The notes under the pieces: model-generated
What the model saw: only the letters and a program-made list of their open reading frames with translations
What the model was told of the DNA's origin: nothing
Database searches by the model: none
DNA from: Candidatus Daviesbacteria bacterium
GTDB lineage: Bacteria > Patescibacteriota > Microgenomatia > Daviesbacterales > UBA10151
Direction: 5' to 3'
Length of the DNA stretch: 59,445 nt
NCBI GenBank assembly: GCA_030699125.1
Contig: JAUYKM010000005.1
Location: 1-59,445, forward strand
In this document: one piece after another, positions 53,121 through 59,445 of the stretch
Numbering within the stretch: the first letter of the stretch is position 1
Layout: the number at the start of each line of letters is the position of its first letter
Program-made: the position numbers and the translations under genes

Positions 53121-54719
53121 TTATGCACCACTCATGAGAAGCTTTTGCTCCTCACTAACTTCTTCAACCAGTCCATGATCTGTTTTCTCCCAGTAAGAGG
53201 GATTGGTTATGAGTTGAATGAAGCCTTTCCAAGCTCCTACGCTCATCAATGCCCAATACAGGGGAGAGAGAATCATGAGAAGCGCGTTTGTGTATTTGCG
53301 TTTCAACATGCACACAACCAGCAGCTGGTGTACGAAGATGAAATTACCGAAGACCAAACACCCCAAACCCATATAGTAGACAGGCTCTGGATTAATTGCC
53401 CTGATTAAAGCAGGAACAAAAGAGAGTTCACTCTCCGGGCCTGCACCACTAGTCAGGATATAAAGGAGTGTCAGAGTCCAGTAAATGGGGTTTGCCAGAA
53501 GACAAAGAGGTGTACCTCCCACCACCAGTTGGAAGGAAAGAAAGTTCATCACACCCAATTGCCTGAGGAGCCGATAAGGATTTCGCATGTAAACCAGATA
53601 GGTCTGCATATAGCCTTTGATCCATCTTGATCTTTGACGAATCCAATTACCCAATCTGGAGTTGGCCTCCTCAAGGGTAGTGGAGTTGATCGTCTCGGTG
53701 CGATATCCCATTTCGGCCAGCCTGATGCCCAAATCACAATCTTCCGTGACGTTGTACGGATCCCAGCCGCCTACTTCCCTTAGGACTTGCGTCGGAAAGT
53801 GATTTGAGGTTCCCCCCAAAGGGATCGGTAGACCAAGTCTACTCATACCCGGCAAATCCAGGTTGAATAACTTGTCGTATTCTGCTCCGAAGCACCTTGT
53901 TAGGAAGAAGGCAATGATCCGTTTCTTAAGCTCTTTCAGATCCCCGGTTAAAACCAGCTTTGTTTCCGAGTTGTAGAACTCAAGACGGGATTGAATACAA
54001 CCTACCTTCTCTCCTGCCGATTGCCTGAATCCTGCGACTACCTTAAGCAGTTGATCTGCCTCCGGACGATCTTCCGCATCAAAGATGACGCAGTTCTCGC
54101 CAGTGGCTCGTGCAAGGCCGATGTTGCAGGCTCGAGGTTTGGTCTGAGGTTCTCCTGGTTTTGGCACTTCGCAAGCTACTATCTCAAAGCAACTGGGCAT
54201 CTGAGGTTGTAGCTCGTAGGCTACCTCAAGAGTGGTTTTTTCTCCTCTTTTGATCTCCTCTTCCTTGAGCTTTTCACTCATTTCTCCCAGCAGGAGAATT
54301 TGTAGCTTCTCCCTTGGATAGTCAAGAGCCATCAGTTTCAGGATGAGACTGGGAAGTATCCTTCCTTCTTTAAACAGAGGAACCAGTATGGTGTATGGTG
54401 GAAGATAGTCCCATTGCTTTTTAAGCTCTTCCACCACGCTCTCTGTTATAAAAATGGAAGCCTGTTGCGTGCCTAAAGAGTAGGTGGCCACCGTGGACTT
54501 AAAGAACATGACCGCAAAGTAAAAGGCAGTCATTGTTCCGTTGGCCACTATGGCATAACCACTCAGCACAGCCAGAAAGCCTTTCCAATCTCCAAAAAGG
54601 TAGGCAAAGACTAGACCCAAGGTTAGTCCAAGTACAAGTACTCGGAGAAACGCTTTTTGTCCTGGGTAGAGTGTTCTTATTGCCAACCTCTCAGGCGGTA
54701 ATCTCGTTATGGTAAGCAA
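53121..54719 (-). CDS. Processive GT2 glycosyltransferase (cellulose-synthase-like), membrane
   Basis: LVPLFKE, TKPRACN, IFDAED, LGGTSNHF, NVTEDCDLG, QRSRW (QxxRW). Confidence 0.93.
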   Translation of the reverse strand: MLTITRLPPERLAIRTLYPGQKAFLRVLVLGLTLGLVFAYLFGDWKGFLAVLSGYAIVANGTMTAFYFAVMFFKSTVATYSLGTQQASIFITESVVEELKKQWDYLPPYTILVPLFKEGRILPSLILKLMALDYPREKLQILLLGEMSEKLKEEEIKRGEKTTLEVAYELQPQMPSCFEIVACEVPKPGEPQTKPRACNIGLARATGENCVIFDAEDRPEADQLLKVVAGFRQSAGEKVGCIQSRLEFYNSETKLVLTGDLKELKKRIIAFFLTRCFGAEYDKLFNLDLPGMSRLGLPIPLGGTSNHFPTQVLREVGGWDPYNVTEDCDLGIRLAEMGYRTETINSTTLEEANSRLGNWIRQRSRWIKGYMQTYLVYMRNPYRLLRQLGVMNFLSFQLVVGGTPLCLLANPIYWTLTLLYILTSGAGPESELSFVPALIRAINPEPVYYMGLGCLVFGNFIFVHQLLVVCMLKRKYTNALLMILSPLYWALMSVGAWKGFIQLITNPSYWEKTDHGLVEEVSEEQKLLMSGA

Positions 54720-54735
54720 GTGTAACCTCCTTAGC

Positions 54736-56241
54736 CTACTCTTTTCTTTTGTAGATCTCTACCAGATCCGACTTGTGGACCAGTTGATAATCTTTCAACC
54801 GATCAGGATGCTCCTGGAATACCTTCCAGACTTTGTCCGCAGTGAATCCACCGTTGCCTTTCCGCATGAAGACCCACTTTACCTCAACTTTGTCAGGGTC
54901 AGCAAGAGCCTCATCCCATAAAAGGTATGTGCCTTCCCAAACTATATTGGAGATAGCCGGTCCCAGTCGGAATAGGGGGATTTCGTTGCCGTAAACCTCC
55001 ATTAAGATTCTGCCGTCGTCATAATGTTCTGCGATCCAGTAACCCTCCCTATCCTGTGCAATGGTTTTCCTATCCTGTTGAAACACTACGGCCTCATCAA
55101 GAGTTATGACCTTTGTCGAACCCATAAGCGATCCAACAATCACCATTGTAAGTACAACGTAGGTTATACCCCTGACCTTTGCCATGTAGCCAATTAAGAT
55201 GGCTGTCGGAATGATCATCTGTAGGGCAAACCGACTGTTGTACAAATCCCCAGTAACTTCTTCAATATGCAGTGGTCTTTGACCTGTGTAAAGCATAAAG
55301 ACGAAGAAGGGGAAGATTGCCAGTGGGACGAAAGCCACAAGAGCAGTAGGCCTAAGCTTAGTATCAACCACGAAGTAGATGCCAGCTAAACACCCTAAGA
55401 TTAGGATGGGTAGGCCAATGTTGTGTAATGTGGCCAGAAAGTAGGTTTGAAAGGCAATATCCAAATTGCCAATCACCGGCTCCGAGATGGATACCCAGTT
55501 GCTGGGTGCGGCATATTCACCCCTGGTAAAACCCAGAGGGTCGTGAGGTAGGAAGTATACCGCGTTCCAAAGGAACCAGAGAACTATGAGAAAGCCGGGA
55601 ATAACACTCCAGAAAAGAAGTGTTGCCACAGCTTTCACAAAGCTGAACCTGTACTTGATGCTACTTAGAACAAGCGATCCGATAAAGCCCAGAAAGAAAA
55701 TCCAGGCTTCATACCTCGTCCATACAGATAATCCCATTGCTACCGAACTCAAGAAGAGATGAATATCATTTTGAGATTGATTCCATCTCACCAGGTAGTA
55801 AAGACTGCCCGCAATAGTGGCAAACAGCACAAGCTCGGTCATCGGAATACTCTGCATGTAGAGCACGTTGAGATTTGCCCCAAAAACAAAAGCCCCCACA
55901 AAGGCAGCTTTTGTGTTTTCCGTAAGAGTGTAAACCGTCTTATAGATAAACACCACTGCCAGAAGATATGAGAACATAGAGAGTAAACTCCCTGCAATCC
56001 CATTCTGGTAAAGGTAGTCGTTTGGGCAAACCAGCGGCATCAGCAGGATGTGTGGCAATGGCAGCCAGACGTTTCCGAGTTGCTGCGGGTTTGGTGTTAA
56101 CGATGCGCACGTTCTTTTGGCAATCATCAGATGACTCATCCCGTCGGGATAAGTCGCTATCAAGTCCTGGCCTAGAAAATAGCCAAAACTTAGAACTGAT
56201 GCCAGTGTAGCAAGAACCAAGGTCATCTTTAGAGAGAACAT
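54736..56241 (-). CDS. GT-C fold (PMT/ArnT, GT39-like) glycosyltransferase
   Basis: Start MFSLKM after SD ggagga; DGMSHL, WLPLPH, PMTE, TRYEAW, YNSRF; multi-TM. Confidence 0.85.
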   Translation of the reverse strand: MFSLKMTLVLATLASVLSFGYFLGQDLIATYPDGMSHLMIAKRTCASLTPNPQQLGNVWLPLPHILLMPLVCPNDYLYQNGIAGSLLSMFSYLLAVVFIYKTVYTLTENTKAAFVGAFVFGANLNVLYMQSIPMTELVLFATIAGSLYYLVRWNQSQNDIHLFLSSVAMGLSVWTRYEAWIFFLGFIGSLVLSSIKYRFSFVKAVATLLFWSVIPGFLIVLWFLWNAVYFLPHDPLGFTRGEYAAPSNWVSISEPVIGNLDIAFQTYFLATLHNIGLPILILGCLAGIYFVVDTKLRPTALVAFVPLAIFPFFVFMLYTGQRPLHIEEVTGDLYNSRFALQMIIPTAILIGYMAKVRGITYVVLTMVIVGSLMGSTKVITLDEAVVFQQDRKTIAQDREGYWIAEHYDDGRILMEVYGNEIPLFRLGPAISNIVWEGTYLLWDEALADPDKVEVKWVFMRKGNGGFTADKVWKVFQEHPDRLKDYQLVHKSDLVEIYKRKE

Positions 56242-56252
56242 TGCTCCTCCTT

Positions 56253-56687
56253 TTATGCTTTGAACACTAGCCATTTGTATCCGGCGAAATTCACTACAAA
56301 AGCAGCCAGGGTGGCTACCAAAGCGCTGAAATTCGTCCAGGCAATTCCCGTCACTCCCAGCTGTAGACCCAGCACGTCGATTAGAAACGAGGCTGTTCCC
56401 ACGTTGACTAGAAGCGCACCACCGCTTATTCCCACAAATTTGCCAATTTCTCCCACTCGAGCAGTCCTTGTACTCTGAAATGTCCAACGCTTGTTCCAAA
56501 TATAGCTGTTTGCTATTCCAGCTGAATAGGAAGAAGCCTTAAACAAAGAGAGCCAAGGTCCGGAAGTGATACCGGTGAGAAATAGGAGCACGTTGAACAA
56601 AGCTATGTCCACTATAGTGTTCGCTATACCCACCAAGCCGAACTTGATACCTTGTCTGACCATCTGCCCAAATCCCTGACCAAACAC
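56253..56687 (-). CDS. GtrA-family flippase-like membrane protein
   Basis: KFGLVGIANTIVD, NSYIWNKRWTF, NFAGYKWLVF. Confidence 0.9.
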   Translation of the reverse strand: MFGQGFGQMVRQGIKFGLVGIANTIVDIALFNVLLFLTGITSGPWLSLFKASSYSAGIANSYIWNKRWTFQSTRTARVGEIGKFVGISGGALLVNVGTASFLIDVLGLQLGVTGIAWTNFSALVATLAAFVVNFAGYKWLVFKA

Positions 56688-56763
56688 TTGCTCTTCCCTC
56701 CATTACTCAAGGTCCTGATTGGTTTAAGGCTGTACGCCACCTTGAGATGCGAATTATTTTATT

Positions 56764-56794
56764 AGGTTTTATTTAGTTGTTAAGGTACTCCTTT
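56764..56794 (-). promoter_or_regulatory. Shared leader motif, copy 2
   Basis: 27/32 identical to 31654-31685. Confidence 0.6.
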
Positions 56795-56972
56795 TTTAAA
56801 GGTTAAACTGAATCTCTACTTTCACAAGATATAAGAACCTTATAGCACGCAAGATTGTGCTTTGGTTCCCAAAGGTGTATGTAGAGTTTTTTGCTATGTA
56901 TCAATCAGATTAAAACTGCCCTATTCGCAATTGAATAGTTAAGTCCCAACCTATAACTGATTAAGCTTCAGC

Positions 56973-57001
56973 ATGATATTAAGAAGGAAGCTAAAAGTCA
57001 A
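56973..57001 (-). promoter_or_regulatory. sigma70 promoter giving a ~280-nt leader for gtrA/GT-C/GT2
   Basis: TTGACT-17 bp-TATCAT. Confidence 0.55.
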
Positions 57002-57043
57002 TATAAGGATGAGATTTTAAGGTTGTGATATCATCTATATAAT

Positions 57044-58009
57044 ATGAAGATTATAGTAACCGGGGGAGCAGGTTTTTTGGGATCACATCTTTGTGATAGA
57101 CTCATCGAAGAAGGACATGAAGTTGTTTGCGTGGACAATCTACTGACAGGAAGTAGTGATAATATTAAACACCTGGAAAATAGCCCCAATTTTAAATTTA
57201 TGGAGCATGATGTTATAGAGGGCTTGCTAAATGGACTGGAAGCAGATCAGATTTATCATCTGGCTTCACCTGCCTCTCCTAACAAAAATAATCCCAAAAG
57301 CTATATTGCATACCCGTTTGAAACTATGCAGGTTAATAGTGTGGGTACATGGAAACTATGTGAGTCAGCCATAAAAATGGGAGCCAAATTCTTATTTGCT
57401 TCCACATCTGAAGTTTATGGAGATCCTCTCGAGCATCCGCAAAAAGAAGAATATAGGGGTAATGTTTCCACCACCGGTCCCAGAGCTGTTTATGATGAGT
57501 CAAAAAGATTTGGGGAGACTATCACCTCTTCTTTTGTCAGATCCAAAGATTTGGATGGGAGGATTGTGCGCATTTTTAATACCTATGGACCTAGAATGGC
57601 TCCCGATGGCAGAGTAGTGATTGAGTTTGTGAATGCAGCTTTGCAAAATAGGCCTTTTCCGGTCTTTGGAGATGGAAAACAAACTAGATCTTTCTGTTTT
57701 GTTTCCGACATGGTTGATGGCATAGCTGCTGCCATGGAAAAAGGGGAAGGGGGAGAAGTTTACAATCTAGGTAATCCAAATGAAATTTCTGTTCTGGATC
57801 TAGCTAATATAGTGAAGAAACTGACCAATTCCGCCTCTAAAGTAGAATATGTGGAGGAAATTCCCGAAGATGATCCTATTAGAAGATGTCCGGATATTAC
57901 CAAAGCAAAACAGAATTTGGATTGGGAGCCAGAGGTTAGTCTGGAAGATGGATTAAAAAAATTAATTGACTATTTGTACGCCCAGAGGGATTCGAACCCC
58001 CGACCTTGA
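57044..58009 (+). CDS. UDP-glucuronate decarboxylase (UDP-xylose synthase)-like SDR
   Basis: TGGAGFLGSHL, HLASPASP, ASTSEVYGDP, YDESKR, RIFNTYGPRM, QTRSFC, DDPIRRCPDI. Confidence 0.92.
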   Translation: MKIIVTGGAGFLGSHLCDRLIEEGHEVVCVDNLLTGSSDNIKHLENSPNFKFMEHDVIEGLLNGLEADQIYHLASPASPNKNNPKSYIAYPFETMQVNSVGTWKLCESAIKMGAKFLFASTSEVYGDPLEHPQKEEYRGNVSTTGPRAVYDESKRFGETITSSFVRSKDLDGRIVRIFNTYGPRMAPDGRVVIEFVNAALQNRPFPVFGDGKQTRSFCFVSDMVDGIAAAMEKGEGGEVYNLGNPNEISVLDLANIVKKLTNSASKVEYVEEIPEDDPIRRCPDITKAKQNLDWEPEVSLEDGLKKLIDYLYAQRDSNPRP

Positions 58010-58049
58010 CGTTAGAACCGTCCTGCTCTATCCACTGAGCTATGGGCGC
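57977..58049 (-). tRNA. tRNA-Arg(UCU)
   Basis: GCGCCCA/TGGGCGT, D-arm GCTC/GAGC, anticodon TCT, GGGGG-TTCGAAT-CCCTC. Confidence 0.92.
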
Positions 58050-58111
58050 AAGTTAGTTAATTCTACCAATTTATGCTTCAGTTGACAAACAATGACTTAA
58101 TTTGATAAAGT

Positions 58112-58801
58112 ATGACGATGCGAGATAATCCTACCATGCCCAAGTTTACAGCCTTAATTGCGGCAGCAGCACTATTCTTGGTACTCTCCTTCTCCGCATT
58201 AGCTAAGGATGCCACCCCGACAACTTCTGCCAGAGATGGAACCCAAACCAGGATTGAAGACAAAAGAGCTCAGCTTGAAGTAAGAAGAGAAAATATCCAA
58301 TCAAAGTTGGAGATGAGAAGAGCGGAGATAGCTTCCAAAGCAGCGCAACTTAGACAAAGACTTCAACAATTCAAAGATCAAACTAAAGCTTTATTGGTTG
58401 ACAGAATTAACACTGTTTTGGATCAAATTAACCAAAGACAAACTCAACAAATGAAGAAACATCTGGAAAAGATGTCTGCAATACTGGATCGTGTTGAAGA
58501 AAGAGTCAATGAAGCCACCACCAGCGGTCAGAATACAGCTTCTGCCTCAGCTGCAATCGACGATGCTAATGAAGCTATTGCCTCTGCCTCAGCTGCAGTT
58601 GATGAGCAGATGACAAATGATTATATAATAGAGGTATCAACCGAGAGTGCTGTCAGAGCAGATGCCAAAGAAGCTAGGGATTCTCTGCATGCAGATTTAA
58701 AAGAGGTCAGAAGTTTAGTAATTGCTGCTAAACAGACTGTGGCCAATGCCATCAGAGTAACAGCTCAAACTTTGAAAGGATTAAAATATGGACAACAATA
58801 A
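58112..58801 (+). CDS. Secreted coiled-coil protein
   Basis: Signal peptide ending ALA; long helical A/E/K/Q-rich body. Confidence 0.75.
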   Translation: MTMRDNPTMPKFTALIAAAALFLVLSFSALAKDATPTTSARDGTQTRIEDKRAQLEVRRENIQSKLEMRRAEIASKAAQLRQRLQQFKDQTKALLVDRINTVLDQINQRQTQQMKKHLEKMSAILDRVEERVNEATTSGQNTASASAAIDDANEAIASASAAVDEQMTNDYIIEVSTESAVRADAKEARDSLHADLKEVRSLVIAAKQTVANAIRVTAQTLKGLKYGQQ

Positions 58802-59186
58802 TCAAACCCAACCTCAGCAACCGCAAGCAACCCAGGCCATGGACCCAGGAGCTTTGGGTCAAACTCCAAATGTTCCTGGGCAACCGGTCACCCTGGAACG
58901 GCCAAACCCCGGTAGTATGGATAATACCCCCACGAAGGAACCATCTTCTAATAAAACAGTAATTATGATTGTAACCATTTTGATAATAGCGGTGATACTG
59001 GCAATAGGAGGATATTATCTGTATATGAATTCGCAAACAGGTCAGCCCAAAACTGAGGAAACAACTATGACTAAACCTACACCTACTCCCTCAATTGATC
59101 AGATGGAAGGTGAACTGAATGCTGTTAATGTTGAAGATGTTGATAAAGAATTTACCCAGGTAGACCAGGACCTCCAGAAACTATAA
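58788..59186 (+). CDS. Single-pass membrane protein with low-complexity tails
   Basis: P/Q/T-rich N-terminus, TM, TKPTPTP. Confidence 0.7.
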   Translation: MDNNNQTQPQQPQATQAMDPGALGQTPNVPGQPVTLERPNPGSMDNTPTKEPSSNKTVIMIVTILIIAVILAIGGYYLYMNSQTGQPKTEETTMTKPTPTPSIDQMEGELNAVNVEDVDKEFTQVDQDLQKL

Positions 59187-59445
59187 AAACTATAATCTAA
59201 TGAGCTGGTGACCGTACTTTGCTCGAACCTAAGACCTCTTGTCGAGCCTAGTTTGGAACTCCAGCTTAATCTTCTTAAAGAACATATTGGCATTGAATCT
59301 TTCGCTGCCGTTTATCAATGACACGTCCCTATTTTACTTCATTAACCCCTGTGGACACAAGGTTGTTTCTGTTACTTTCTGTTGTTGTGCTGATCTTGAG
59401 TTAGATGTATTGTATAATACCTGTAACCTACATTAAAGATTATTC

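Noticed and set aside
56242-56499. N-terminal 86-aa extension of the GT-C ORF
   Set aside because: Overlaps gtrA in another frame; a strong SD supports the start at 56241.
112-59293. Numerous 60-165 aa ORFs antisense to or nested in called genes (e.g. 4988-5371, 8158-8652, 46175-46495, 53013-53408)
   Set aside because: Shadow frames of well-supported CDSs, lacking family motifs.
59190-59445. Short ORFs at the window end
   Set aside because: Only a possible 24-codon 3' end of a minus-strand gene (stop at 59372-59374); too little sequence to call.

Overview
Chromosomal window of a small-genome, AT-rich bacterium, most consistent with Patescibacteria/CPR (Microgenomates-like; inference from gene content, mostly SD-less starts, tRNA-Arg(UCG), and a lone T4CP/HerA-like ATPase). 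Housekeeping genes: typA, obgE, gmk, a DEAD-box helicase, a MacAB-like ABC transporter, a glucokinase/gnd/zwf/cupin-pgi cluster, dinB and three tRNAs. Accessory content: topoisomerase IB, three TA pairs, several glycoside hydrolases and glycosyltransferases, and a tandem pair of large secreted beta-propeller/lectin-repeat proteins. Four signals stand out beyond the ORF track. (1) A periodic mini-cassette array at 25.2-28.0 kb: three copies of a 45-55 bp hairpin resembling a tRNA 3' end bound two units, each with a cargo gene, the same XRE-HTH remnant and a different TA pair. (2) Palindromic REP/RPE-like elements inserted in frame in several proteins (DinB twice, a Gfo/Idh/MocA oxidoreductase, a GH-A hydrolase, possibly TypA). 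(3) Two long (~280 nt) leaders 25 kb apart share a 32-nt motif upstream of GC-richer surface/glycan genes. (4) A promoter- and terminator-bounded ~100-nt structured RNA lies next to tRNA-His. No CRISPR array, rRNA, integrase or intact transposase was seen. All family assignments come from motif recognition, not database searches.
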